Below are positions 17,223 to 26,099 of a stretch of DNA of 64,000 nt, one piece after another. The stretch is from NCBI GenBank assembly GCA_004322005.1, contig SCRF01000109.1, positions 632-64,631 on the forward strand, read 5' to 3'. This stretch comes from Rhodanobacter sp. Its GTDB lineage: Bacteria; Pseudomonadota; Gammaproteobacteria; Xanthomonadales; Rhodanobacteraceae. Under the pieces are notes generated by a model. That model saw nothing but the letters and a program-made list of their open reading frames with translations. It searched no databases and was not told where the DNA came from. The position numbers and the translations under genes are program-made. Within the stretch, counting starts at the first letter, position 1, and each line of letters starts with the position of its first letter.

Positions 17223-17322
17223 GCGCGGTTTCCAGAAGGGGAAAGCCGCTTATTATAGCCGCCCGATCTGCAGGCCGTTCCCGCACCGGGCGGATGCCTG
17301 GCGAATGGCCCGGATCGGCAGC

Positions 17323-17625
17323 CTACAACAGGCCGTGCGCGGCCAGCTTCTTGCGCAAGGTGGCGCGATTGATGCCGAGTGCGCAAGCGGCGCGGCTCTG
17401 GTTGCCGTCATGAAACGCCAGCACTTCGCGCAGCAGCGGCCGCTCGACTTCACGCAGCACCAGGGCATGCAGGCCTTCGCTGCATTCGGTATCGCCAATG
17501 TCGGCAAGATAACGACGCACGCTGTGCGTGACGCATTCGCTCAAGGCACTCTGGGGGGCAGTGTGCTGCGACGAGGTCTGTTTTGCGGCCTCGATGGCAG
17601 GCAATCTTGCGGCGTTCACGGACAT
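17323..17625 (-). CDS. fis: Fis-family DNA-binding protein
   Basis: 100 aa with a C-terminal HTH (GNQSRAACALGINRATLRKKL). Lies upstream of purH. Confidence 0.8.
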   Translation of the reverse strand: MSVNAARLPAIEAAKQTSSQHTAPQSALSECVTHSVRRYLADIGDTECSEGLHALVLREVERPLLREVLAFHDGNQSRAACALGINRATLRKKLAAHGLL

Positions 17626-17771
17626 TTCCCCTCACAGACGAGGCAGCGGCTGCATTGGCCGCGGTATATGATTGTGACTGTTGACGCGAATAGCGGCGCG
17701 GACCGGATACCGGGTGGCAACCGGCGCGACAGGGGCCTGAGTCTACCCGCGTATGCCGACAATTTTAAGTC

Positions 17772-18626
17772 CTATTCGAAATTGATTTCGAAAGCCACCG
17801 CCTTGTCGCCGGGGTCCTGCACCTCGAACAGCAGTACGGTACTGGCTCCCGGGGCCATGCCGCGCTGCAAAATCTCGTCGTCGTCGAGGTATTCGCGCGG
17901 GCGCAGCCGGCGCATCGCCACGCGCTGGCCCCGGGCGTTGGACAAGATGATGGTCACGATCGGGTACGGTTGCGCGAACGCGGCTTGATTGCGCACGCTG
18001 GCGCTGATCATCAAGGCACCGGGCACGCTGGGGTGCGCCTGCACGTTGCTTGCGAGCAGACGCAATTGTTGCGGGGCGGCGACCAGCGGAAGTTCGCAGC
18101 GTAGCAGTTTGCAACTGTTGCGCAGCCAGCCGCCCACGGCGGGATTGCGGATCAGCGTGTCGCGGTCGATCCATGCCAGCTGCGTCCCGAGCAACAGTGA
18201 GAGCACGATGCATGCGGTGATCCAGGGCCAGCGACGCTCACCGGGCTCGCGCGGGTGTCGTTGGCGCCGGCGTCGATGCGCTCGTGCGGGCGCGCGTGCC
18301 TGCTGCTCGCGAACGAAGCGCGGTGCGAACTCCATCTGCGCGAAGTCCACCGAAGATTCCGTTGCTGCCGTCACCGCGTCGTCGCCGGCGACCGCCGGTG
18401 GGTCGGGCCGCGGCCGGTAGACCGCCAGTTCCAGTGACGGCGGCTGATCCGACGCCACCCGCGGAGGCAGCAATCGAAACGGTTCCGCCGGCAGTTGCCC
18501 GGCCAGACTTGCCATCGCATCGAACTCGAGGCCGCAATAACCGCAGGCGACATGGCCGCGCGCCTGCGCCAGGACATCCACATCCAGCGAAAAGACGGTC
18601 AGGCAGTCGGGACATTGGGTGTACAT
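17772..18626 (-). CDS. zinc-ribbon (MJ0042-type) plus DUF3426-like membrane protein
   Basis: MYTQCPDC..CGYCG zinc ribbon, one TM segment, and a C-terminal beta-rich domain. Start taken at the internal ATG 18626. Confidence 0.6.
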   Translation of the reverse strand: MYTQCPDCLTVFSLDVDVLAQARGHVACGYCGLEFDAMASLAGQLPAEPFRLLPPRVASDQPPSLELAVYRPRPDPPAVAGDDAVTAATESSVDFAQMEFAPRFVREQQARAPARAHRRRRQRHPREPGERRWPWITACIVLSLLLGTQLAWIDRDTLIRNPAVGGWLRNSCKLLRCELPLVAAPQQLRLLASNVQAHPSVPGALMISASVRNQAAFAQPYPIVTIILSNARGQRVAMRRLRPREYLDDDEILQRGMAPGASTVLLFEVQDPGDKAVAFEINFE

Positions 18627-18719
18627 GCGGGCCGTGTGCGAGCGAAGTGGTGCAAGCCTAGCAGCCTGTCGGACCATTGTTCGGCCGGTCCGCGCGTCCG
18701 TCCGTGTCGGTCAATGGCA

Positions 18720-19733
18720 TCAGCGACGCCGACCGCTGATCCGCACCCAGTCCTCGCGGCGATCCACGCGCAGCTCGTCAAACCATTCCGCGTAATGCTG
18801 CAGCAGTTCATCCTGCTGGCCGGCGAGGATGCCGGAGATCGCGAACGGTGCGCGTGGCTTGGCGGCGGCAGCGAACGTCGGCGCCAGCTCGAGCAACGGG
18901 CCGGCGAGGATGTTCGCGAGAAACACGTCGGCAGGCGACGTGCATGGATGCACTAGTGTCGCGGGCGCAGGATGCGCAGGAGCGACCGACGTGCATGGAT
19001 GCACTAGTGTCGCGGGCGCAGGATGCGCAGGAGCGACTTGCCCGCAAAAATCCTGCGGGAGATACAGCGCCAGCCGTTCGGCGACGCCATTGCGTTGGGC
19101 GTTGTCGGCCGAGGCAGTCAGTGCCTGCGGATCGTTGTCGATGCCCACGGCACTGGCCGCACCGAGCTTCAGCGCGGCGATCGCCAGAATGCCCGAGCCG
19201 CAGCCGTAGTCGATCACACTCTTGCCGGCCAGCTCGAGCCCGTCGAGCCATTCCAGGCACAGCGCGGTGGTCGGATGCGTGCCGCTGCCGAAGGCCAGGC
19301 CCGGGTCGAGCCGGACCACCACCGGCGCGTCATCGCCGTTCTCGCTGTGCGTGGGCGGCTCGATGTTCCACGGATAGATCCACAGGCGCCGGCCAAACGG
19401 CATCGGCCGGTACTGGTCCATCCACACCCGTTCCCAGTTCTGGTCGGCCACTTCGCGAAACTGCAGCTGATCGGGTTCGAGCCATGGCAGCAGTTCACCG
19501 AGTGTTTCGCTGAGACCGCGGCGATCGACGTGTTCGTCGAACAGTGCCTGCAGGGTGATCGTCGGCCACAGCGGCAATTCGCCCACGCCGGGCTCGAAGA
19601 TCGCCTGTTCGTCCGGCGTCTGCGCATCGGCGTCCTGCAGGGTGATCGACAGCGCGCCCAGATCGTTCAGCGCGTCTTCGACAGCGGGTTGCTGAGTGGC
19701 GCGGACAGTGAGGGAAAGTTCAAGCCATGGCAT
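18720..19733 (-). CDS. prmA: ribosomal protein L11 methyltransferase
   Basis: MPWLELSL.., DPGLAFGSGTHPTT, DYGCGSGILAIAA and ANILAGPL are collinear with E. coli PrmA except for a 34-aa duplicated insert. Confidence 0.9.
   Translation of the reverse strand: MPWLELSLTVRATQQPAVEDALNDLGALSITLQDADAQTPDEQAIFEPGVGELPLWPTITLQALFDEHVDRRGLSETLGELLPWLEPDQLQFREVADQNWERVWMDQYRPMPFGRRLWIYPWNIEPPTHSENGDDAPVVVRLDPGLAFGSGTHPTTALCLEWLDGLELAGKSVIDYGCGSGILAIAALKLGAASAVGIDNDPQALTASADNAQRNGVAERLALYLPQDFCGQVAPAHPAPATLVHPCTSVAPAHPAPATLVHPCTSPADVFLANILAGPLLELAPTFAAAAKPRAPFAISGILAGQQDELLQHYAEWFDELRVDRREDWVRISGRRR
18937..19038. repeat. perfect-but-one 2 x 51 bp tandem duplication inside prmA, in frame
   Basis: The unit gacgtgcatggatgcactagtgtcgcgggcgcaggatgcgcaggagcgacc occurs at 18937-18987 and again at 18988-19038 (last base differs). 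It encodes VAPAHPAPATLVHPCTS twice. Confidence 0.9.
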
Positions 19734-19752
19734 GGTCGAGTTCGTTCGGTGG

Positions 19753-19831
19753 GTAGGAGCGCACCCTGTGCGCGAAAAGCTCTGATCGAAACGTCCGTAA
19801 AGAGCTTTTCGCGCACAGGGTGCGCTCCTAC
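19753..19831. repeat. GTAG-type REP inverted dimer (prmA-accC intergenic)
   Basis: gtaggagcgcaccctgtgcgcgaaaagctct...agagcttttcgcgcacagggtgcgctcctac. Confidence 0.9.
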
Positions 19832-19839
19832 GGGGGTGA

Positions 19840-21207
19840 TCAGTTGCCGGTCGGGTGTGGCTCTTTGTTTTCCGCCATCCGTTTCTCCAGATAGTGGATG
19901 TTCTGGCCGCCGTGCTGGAAGCCGGCGTCGGCCATGATCCGCTGCTGCAGCGGGATGTTGCATTTCACCCCTTCGATCACCGTCTCGGCCAGTGCCATGC
20001 GCATGCGCGCGATCGCGGTCTCGCGGTCGGGGCCGTGCACGATCAGCTTGCCGATCATCGAATCGTAGTTCGGCGGGATGCGGTAGCCGTCGTACAGGTG
20101 GGTGTCGACGCGCACGCCGGGGCCGCCGGGCGCCTCGAAGCGCTTCACCGTGCCGGGGCTGGGCATGAACGTCTCGGGATCCTCGGCGTTGATGCGGCAC
20201 TCGATCGCGTGGCCGTGGATGACGATGTCCTGCTGCCGGATCGACAGTTTCTCGCCGCCGGCGATCAGCAACTGCTCGCGCACCAGGTCGATGCCGGTGA
20301 TCAGTTCGGTCACCGGATGTTCGACCTGGATGCGGGTGTTCATCTCGATGAAATAGAACTGGCCGTTCTCGAACAGGAACTCGAACGTGCCGGCGCCGCG
20401 GTAGCCGATGCGCAGGCAGGCGTCGACGCAGACCTTGCCGATCTGCTCGCGCTGCCCGGGCGTGATGCCGGGCGCGGGCGCCTCCTCAACCACCTTCTGG
20501 TGGCGACGCTGCATCGAGCAGTCGCGCTCGCACAGATGGATCGCGTTGCCCTGGCCGTCGGCCAGTACCTGGATCTCCACGTGACGGGGGTTCTCCAGGA
20601 ATTTCTCCATGTAGACCTGCTCGTTGCCGAACGCGGCCTTGGCTTCGGCCTTGGTCATGCTGACGGCGTTGCCCAGATGGGCCTCGGTGCGCACCACGCG
20701 CATGCCGCGGCCGCCGCCGCCGCCGGCCGCCTTGATGATCACCGGGTAACCGATCTCGCGCGCGATGCGCAGGTTCTCGTCCACGTCTTCGCCGAGCGGG
20801 CCGCCGGAACCGGGGACGCACGGCACGCCGGCCGCCTTCATCGCGCGGATCGCCTCGACCTTGTCGCCCATCAGGCGAATCACCTCGGCGGTCGGGCCGA
20901 TGAACACGAATCCGGACTGCTCTACCTGCTCGGCAAAGTCGGCGCGCTCCGACAGAAAGCCATAGCCGGGATGGATCGCGCCGGCGTCGGTGATCTCGGC
21001 TGCGGCGATAATGCGCGGGATATTGAGATAACTGTCAACCGAGGGGCCGGGGCCGATGCACACCGACTCGTCGGCCAGACCGACGTGTTTCAGATTGCGG
21101 TCCACGGTGGAATGCACCGCCACGGTCTTGATGCCCAGACTGTGGCAGGCGCGCAGTATGCGCAGGGCGATTTCGCCGCGGTTGGCGATGACGACTTTTT
21201 CTAGCAT
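19840..21207 (-). CDS. accC: acetyl-CoA carboxylase biotin carboxylase subunit
   Basis: [17 protein letters not shown].., ATP-grasp motifs, [14 protein letters not shown]. Confidence 0.95.
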   Translation of the reverse strand: MLEKVVIANRGEIALRILRACHSLGIKTVAVHSTVDRNLKHVGLADESVCIGPGPSVDSYLNIPRIIAAAEITDAGAIHPGYGFLSERADFAEQVEQSGFVFIGPTAEVIRLMGDKVEAIRAMKAAGVPCVPGSGGPLGEDVDENLRIAREIGYPVIIKAAGGGGGRGMRVVRTEAHLGNAVSMTKAEAKAAFGNEQVYMEKFLENPRHVEIQVLADGQGNAIHLCERDCSMQRRHQKVVEEAPAPGITPGQREQIGKVCVDACLRIGYRGAGTFEFLFENGQFYFIEMNTRIQVEHPVTELITGIDLVREQLLIAGGEKLSIRQQDIVIHGHAIECRINAEDPETFMPSPGTVKRFEAPGGPGVRVDTHLYDGYRIPPNYDSMIGKLIVHGPDRETAIARMRMALAETVIEGVKCNIPLQQRIMADAGFQHGGQNIHYLEKRMAENKEPHPTGN

Positions 21208-21223
21208 GGGGAAAACTCCGGAG

Positions 21224-21314
21224 GCCGGGACCGGGGACCGGGAACCAGGGACCGGAAGAGCAAAAGCGGCGCGGCTCTTGGCTTTTCCTGGTCCCTGGTT
21301 CCCGGTTCCCGGCC
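21224..21314. repeat. GGGACCGG-type imperfect inverted repeat filling the accB-accC spacer
   Basis: The arm gccgggaccggggaccgggaaccagggaccgg pairs with cctggtccctggttcccggttcccggcc. A central mini-hairpin aagagc..gctctt is present. The element begins 5 nt from the accC Shine-Dalgarno. Confidence 0.8.
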
Positions 21315-21324
21315 CCGCCCAAAA

Positions 21325-21777
21325 TCAGGCAATCACAAACATCGGCTCGTCGAATTCCACCGGCTGGCCGTTCTTGACCAGAATGGCCTGCACGGTGCCG
21401 GCCACGTCGGCTTCGATCTGGTTGAACATCTTCATCGCCTCGATGATGCCCAGCGTCTCGCCGGCCTGGACCTGCTGGCCGACCTTGACGAAGGCCGGCG
21501 TGCCCGGGCTGGCCGATTCGTAGAACGTACCGACCATCGGGGCCTTCACCACGTGCCCGGCAGGCAACGCATCGGCCGTCGGGGTTTCGACGACGGCAGC
21601 GGCCGGTGCCGGTGCGACAGCGATCGGAGCGGCGGCGGGAGCGGCGGCAGCCGCCGGCGCGGTATTCCTGGGGACGCGCGACAGACGCACCACTTCCTCG
21701 CCCTCCTTGATCTCCAGTTCGGCGAGGTTGGATTCTTCCAGCAGATCGATCAGCTTCTTGATTTTGCGCAAATCCAT
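21325..21777 (-). CDS. accB: acetyl-CoA carboxylase biotin carboxyl carrier protein
   Basis: [17 protein letters not shown].., an Ala/Pro linker, and the biotinylation motif [11 protein letters not shown]. Confidence 0.92.
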   Translation of the reverse strand: MDLRKIKKLIDLLEESNLAELEIKEGEEVVRLSRVPRNTAPAAAAAPAAAPIAVAPAPAAAVVETPTADALPAGHVVKAPMVGTFYESASPGTPAFVKVGQQVQAGETLGIIEAMKMFNQIEADVAGTVQAILVKNGQPVEFDEPMFVIA

Positions 21778-21859
21778 CGGATCAGCCTTTTGTCAGTCAT
21801 GCCACCGCTGGTGGCCGGATGTGGGTAATAGGGGTCGGGCAGGCCTGCCGGGCGTGTGC

Positions 21860-22312
21860 CTACGGCGCCGCCGATGCCTGCAGTCGGCGCAACGCCGCTT
21901 CCAGTGCCAGGCGATAACTGTCGGCGCCGAAACCGCCGATCACGCCGATCGCGATATCGGACAGGTACGAATGGTGGCGGAACGGCTCGCGCGCATGCAC
22001 GTTGGACAAATGCACTTCGATGAACGGGATCGCCACGGCGGCCAGCGCGTCGCGCAGGGCGATGCTGGTATGGGTGAATGCGCCCGCATTGCACAGGATC
22101 AGCGCAGTGCGGTCATCGCGCCCCTGCTGGATGCGGCCGACCAGTTCGTGTTCGGCGTTGGACTGGAAGCAGACCAGTTCGTGTCCGGCCGCGTGGGCCA
22201 GTTCGGCCAGTTGCTGGTTGATGTCGGCCAGCGTTTCGCGGCCATAGATCGCCGGTTCGCGCGTACCCAGCAAATTGAGATTGGGCCCATGCAGGACCAG
22301 GATCTTCGCCAC
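21860..22312 (-). CDS. aroQ: type II 3-dehydroquinate dehydratase
   Basis: [20 protein letters not shown] and SNAEHELV are AroQ signatures. GTG start at 22312 gives 150 aa; the upstream ATG at 22387 was rejected. Confidence 0.85.
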   Translation of the reverse strand: MAKILVLHGPNLNLLGTREPAIYGRETLADINQQLAELAHAAGHELVCFQSNAEHELVGRIQQGRDDRTALILCNAGAFTHTSIALRDALAAVAIPFIEVHLSNVHAREPFRHHSYLSDIAIGVIGGFGADSYRLALEAALRRLQASAAP

Positions 22313-22476
22313 GAAACCCCCAGCTTGCGTCCGGACATCCGGGCATCGACGCAGTTTGCACGTAGTCGGGAATGTTGTCCAGTTCACTGCAGATCGGCGA
22401 TGTTTGGCGGAGAAGCCTGGGGGTTTCCGTGCGTAGGCGTATGTCGACCCGATGCCTGGCAGCCTGTTGGACCGTT

Positions 22477-22612
22477 GGTCGGCCGGGCTGCGAACCCGTC
22501 TATGCGATCCCTATTTCCGCCGCTTCTTGGCTGGAACCACCATGGGCCAAGAAGCGGCGAGTTCTGTCCTCGCACAGCCGAATTCTCGCCTCGACCACCA
22601 AAGCCCGGCAGG
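22477..22612. repeat. ~140 bp dispersed element, copy A (second copy at 39683-39822)
   Basis: Shares ggtcggccgggctgcgaa..tct.tgcg.tcc..tat..cg.cgcttcttgg at one end and ctgt.c..gcaca.ccgaattctcgcctcgaccaccaaa..cc.g.caggc at the other. The centre is the hairpin cgccgcttcttggc/gccaagaagcggcg. Confidence 0.75.
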
Positions 22613-22615
22613 CGG

Positions 22616-23155
22616 CTAGGGCTGCTCGGCGGGTGTTGTCAGCCAGGCCTCCAGTTGCGCGGCAGGCACGGCGCCGACGTGGGTTGCCTGCACGCGTCCA
22701 TCGGCGTCGAGCAGCACACTGTAAGGTAATACGCCTTGCGTATCGCCGAGTTGCCGCGAGCTGTCCGGTGCGCCGAGCTGGCCCAGCCAGACCGGGTAAT
22801 TAAGCCGATGCGTCGCCAGAAATGCACGCACGCGGCCGGGTTCGTCCATCGCAATGCCGACGATGACCACGCCGTGGTCGCCGAACTTCGCCTGGGCCCG
22901 GGTCAGTGCCGGCATTTCGTCCAGGCACGGGCCGCACCAGCTGGCCCAGAAATTCAGCAGTACACGACGGCCGCGATAGTCGCTCAGTCGGTGCTGCCTG
23001 CCGTCAAGATCAGGCAGGCTCAGTGGTGGTGCCGGTTGACCGGCCAGGCTCGAGTCCGCGGTTGCCGACAGCGGGCCGCGGTGTGCGGCATAGCCGCCGA
23101 TCGCACCAGCCAGTACCGCCAGGAGGAGGATCAACCAGTTGCTGCGGCTCATCAT
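22616..23155 (-). CDS. TlpA-family thiol:disulfide oxidoreductase (membrane-anchored thioredoxin-like)
   Basis: N-terminal TM anchor and NFWASWCGPC active site. The start overlaps the dsbD stop (ATGA at 23152-23155). Confidence 0.8.
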   Translation of the reverse strand: MMSRSNWLILLLAVLAGAIGGYAAHRGPLSATADSSLAGQPAPPLSLPDLDGRQHRLSDYRGRRVLLNFWASWCGPCLDEMPALTRAQAKFGDHGVVIVGIAMDEPGRVRAFLATHRLNYPVWLGQLGAPDSSRQLGDTQGVLPYSVLLDADGRVQATHVGAVPAAQLEAWLTTPAEQP

Positions 23156-25356
23156 CGGCGCGCCGCTTCCGTCAGTGCCTGCTGCACCCGCGAGTAGGTC
23201 AGTACGGTGGACAGCTGCTTGCCGGGCCCGCCGTTTCGGGGAAACACCACGTACAGCGGCACGCCGGGCGAGTGGTATCGCTGCAGGAATGCGCCGATGG
23301 TCGGGTCGACATCGGTCCAGTCGCCCTTCATGTAGATCGCGCCGGTACGCTGGAGCAGATCGCGGAATGCCTGCGTGTCCAGCACGGTGTGCTCGTTCGC
23401 CTTGCAGGTGACGCACCAGTCGGCGGTCATGTCGACGAATACCGGCGTGCTCGCGGCACGCAGTGCGGCGAGTTTCTGCGGGCTGTACGCGACCACGCCG
23501 TCCCGGGTCACGGCGACGGCAGAGGGCCGTGGCACCTGGGCGAGCAGATACATCGGCACCAGGGTGACCAGTGCCAGCAGCACGACCAGCGCGCGGCTCA
23601 AGGAGCCATGCGAACGGCTGCGTTCGAACCACCACAGCGTCATCGCCAGCAGCACCATCGCCACCAGCACCAGACCCACCGCATCGGCGCCACGCTGGTT
23701 GGCCAGCACCCACACCAGCCACGCCGCGGTCAGATACATCGGGAAGGCCAGTACCTGCTTCAGCGTTTCCATCCAGCGCCCGGGCCGCGGCAACAACCGC
23801 GCCAGTGCAGGCACGAAACCGATCAGCAGGAACGGCAGCGACAGGCCGAGGCCCAGCATCAGAAACACCAGCAGCGCGGACAGCATCGGCGCGGCGAACG
23901 CGTACGCCAGCGCGCTGCCCATGAACGGCGCGGTACAGGGGCTGGCCACCACCACCGCCAACACGCCGGTGAAGAAATCCCCAGCCGGGCCGGAGCGAGC
24001 TGCCAGCCCGGCGCCGGCATTGCCCAGGCCGGCGCCGAACTGCACCACCCCCGACATCGACAGCCCCACCGCCAGCATCACCAGCGCCAGCACGCCGACC
24101 AGCAGCGGTTGCTGCAGTTGCGTACCCCAGCCCAGTGCGTGGCCTGTCGCGCGCAAGGCAAGGATGCCCATGCCCAGCATCGCGAAACTGCCGAGCACGC
24201 CAGCGGTGTAGAACAGGGCGTGGCGGCGCGCCCTGGCATGGCTTTCGCCGCTTTCCAGCACGCTTACCGCCTTGATCGACAGGACCGGCAGCACGCAGGG
24301 CATCAGGTTCAGTACCAGACCGCCGCCCAGTGCCAGCAGCAGCGCCGCGATCAGGCCGATCGGCAGCGCGCCGGGGGTACTGTCGAGCGGCAGCCGCTGA
24401 GGCGTCGCCGTGCCGGAGGCTGCGATATCGCTGCCGAGGTCGATGTTGATCGTGCGGGTCATCAGCGGATAGCACAGGCCGCCTTGCTGACAGCCCTGAA
24501 AGCTGGCCTGCAGCAGCAACTGGTGCCTTCCGGCCAGGTCGCCTTCGACCGCCACCGGCAAATCGACCTGATCGAAATACACGATGACATCGCCGTAATG
24601 CCCGTCGTGGTGCGCCGTGCCCGCCGGCCACGCGGGCTTCAGGCTGAGGCCGGCGGCATCTTCGAGCTTCAGCGTGGTGCGGTCGCGATACAGGTAATAG
24701 CCCGCGGGCATCGTCCAGCGCAGCAGCAGCTGATGCGGCGAGCTGGCCAGCGCCTCCAGACGAAACGCCTGTTCCGGCGGCAGGGCGGCACCATCGGCGG
24801 CGCTGGCGGGTTGGCTGCCCAGGGCTTTCAGGGCGGAGCCCAGCGAACCACCTGATTGCGCGAGCGGCGCTGCCCCTGCGGAATTCGCAGCCGTACCGGC
24901 AGGCAGCGGCAGATCCAGCTGTTCGGTATGCGGCGGGTAGCAGATCTTCGGGTCCACTTCGTGGCAGCCCTGGTACTGCACGCTCACTTTCAGCCGGGTG
25001 GTACCGGCAGCCAGCGTGTACGGCACGCTGGCATCGACGGCGTGGTGATAGGTCTCCACGTCGCCGAGATAGGGGTCATGGTGCTTCTTGCCGTCGGGCA
25101 GTTGCGCCGCACCCAGCGTCACGCCATCGCCGGCCGTGAACTTCATGCGGCCGCGGTAGAGGTAATAGTCCGGCGCGATCGTCCAGTGCAGTTTCAATAC
25201 GCCCGGGGTGGCGGCATCGGCACTGAGCCGGTACGCCTCGGTGACGGGCAGCAGGTTGTCGGCGTTCTGCGCGAAAACCGGCAGCGCGCACGACAGCAGG
25301 CTCAGCCAGACCAGCAAGCGGGCGGCCGGTGGGCCGGCAAACAGCGATCGCATCAT
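23152..25356 (-). CDS. dsbD: thiol:disulfide interchange protein DsbD with duplicated N-terminal (alpha) domain
   Basis: Signal peptide; two paralogous nDsbD domains (..YQGCHEVDPKICYPP and ..FQGCQQGGLCYP); a TM core with LMPCVLPVL and SPCTAPF; a C-terminal thioredoxin domain ADWCVTCK. Confidence 0.9.
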   Translation of the reverse strand: MMRSLFAGPPAARLLVWLSLLSCALPVFAQNADNLLPVTEAYRLSADAATPGVLKLHWTIAPDYYLYRGRMKFTAGDGVTLGAAQLPDGKKHHDPYLGDVETYHHAVDASVPYTLAAGTTRLKVSVQYQGCHEVDPKICYPPHTEQLDLPLPAGTAANSAGAAPLAQSGGSLGSALKALGSQPASAADGAALPPEQAFRLEALASSPHQLLLRWTMPAGYYLYRDRTTLKLEDAAGLSLKPAWPAGTAHHDGHYGDVIVYFDQVDLPVAVEGDLAGRHQLLLQASFQGCQQGGLCYPLMTRTINIDLGSDIAASGTATPQRLPLDSTPGALPIGLIAALLLALGGGLVLNLMPCVLPVLSIKAVSVLESGESHARARRHALFYTAGVLGSFAMLGMGILALRATGHALGWGTQLQQPLLVGVLALVMLAVGLSMSGVVQFGAGLGNAGAGLAARSGPAGDFFTGVLAVVVASPCTAPFMGSALAYAFAAPMLSALLVFLMLGLGLSLPFLLIGFVPALARLLPRPGRWMETLKQVLAFPMYLTAAWLVWVLANQRGADAVGLVLVAMVLLAMTLWWFERSRSHGSLSRALVVLLALVTLVPMYLLAQVPRPSAVAVTRDGVVAYSPQKLAALRAASTPVFVDMTADWCVTCKANEHTVLDTQAFRDLLQRTGAIYMKGDWTDVDPTIGAFLQRYHSPGVPLYVVFPRNGGPGKQLSTVLTYSRVQQALTEAARR

Positions 25357-25437
25357 GACTCCATCGATACCATGGGCCCGAACTCAGGGCGGATGAGCGG
25401 GCATTATGGCCCGACAGGCTGCCGGCCGGCGCTGCGC

Positions 25438-25761
25438 TCAGCCTGCGGTATTGGCGCGCACCCAGTCCAGATAGGCCGCGTGTCCCTGTTGTACCGGTAC
25501 CGCGATCAGTTCGGGCACATCGTAGGGATGCAGGACCAGCAGGCGGGCTTTCAGTTCCTCGAAGCATCGGACGGTGGTCTTGATCAGCAGCAGTTCCTCG
25601 CTGTCGGTGGTCACGACGCCGTGCCAGCGATAGGTGGAACTGGCGCCGGGCAGGCGGCTGACGCAGGCGGCCAGCCGTTCGTCGACCAGCGCCGCGGCAA
25701 TCGCCCCTGCGCTGGCCGCGTCGGGGCAACTGCAATAGCAAAGCAGAACGGTGTCGGACAT
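25438..25761 (-). CDS. cutA: divalent-cation tolerance protein CutA
   Basis: 107 aa; ..YRWHGVV..EELLLIKT..YDVPELIAVPV is typical CutA. Upstream of dsbD, as in E. coli. Confidence 0.85.
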   Translation of the reverse strand: MSDTVLLCYCSCPDAASAGAIAAALVDERLAACVSRLPGASSTYRWHGVVTTDSEELLLIKTTVRCFEELKARLLVLHPYDVPELIAVPVQQGHAAYLDWVRANTAG

Positions 25762-25784
25762 GTCGACAGCCTACCCCGCACCGC

Positions 25785-25985
25785 GTAGGAGCGCACCCTG
25801 TGCGCGAATACCTTTATCCGAGCGCCCCCGCCTCGCCACCCGCGTAGGAGCCCGCTCGCGGGCGATGCTCTGATAGCGTGGCCAGAAGAGCATCGCCCGC
25901 AAGCGGGCTCCTACTGGTGGTGGGTGCGAGCCGATGCCGAGCGTCGCGCCGACGTTCGCTTTATCGCCCGCAAGCGGGCTCCTGC
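25785..25985. repeat. cluster of GTAG-type REPs (solo, inverted dimer, solo)
   Basis: Solo gtaggagcgcaccctgtgcgcga at 25785-25807. Dimer gtaggagcccgctcgcgggcgatgctct..agagcatcgcccgcaagcgggctcctac at 25844-25914. Solo atcgcccgcaagcgggctcctgc at 25963-25985. Confidence 0.85.
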
Positions 25986-26017
25986 CGGCGGCGGTGGGGC
26001 CTGGATATCGGGCGGCC

Positions 26018-26046
26018 CTTGAAAGTCATCTCCAACCGCCCAATCT
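26018..26046 (+). promoter_or_regulatory. sigma32-type heat-shock promoter of groESL
   Basis: CTTGAAA-N14-CCCAATCT compared with the consensus CTTGAAA-N13-15-CCCCATNT. Confidence 0.6.
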
Positions 26047-26071
26047 GCTTGCAGTCACCGGAACGAAGCTC

Positions 26072-26099
26072 TTGCAACGGCAGGCTGTATCGCTAAAAT
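26072..26099 (+). promoter_or_regulatory. sigma70-type promoter of groESL
   Basis: TTGCAA-N16-TAAAAT. Confidence 0.55.
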
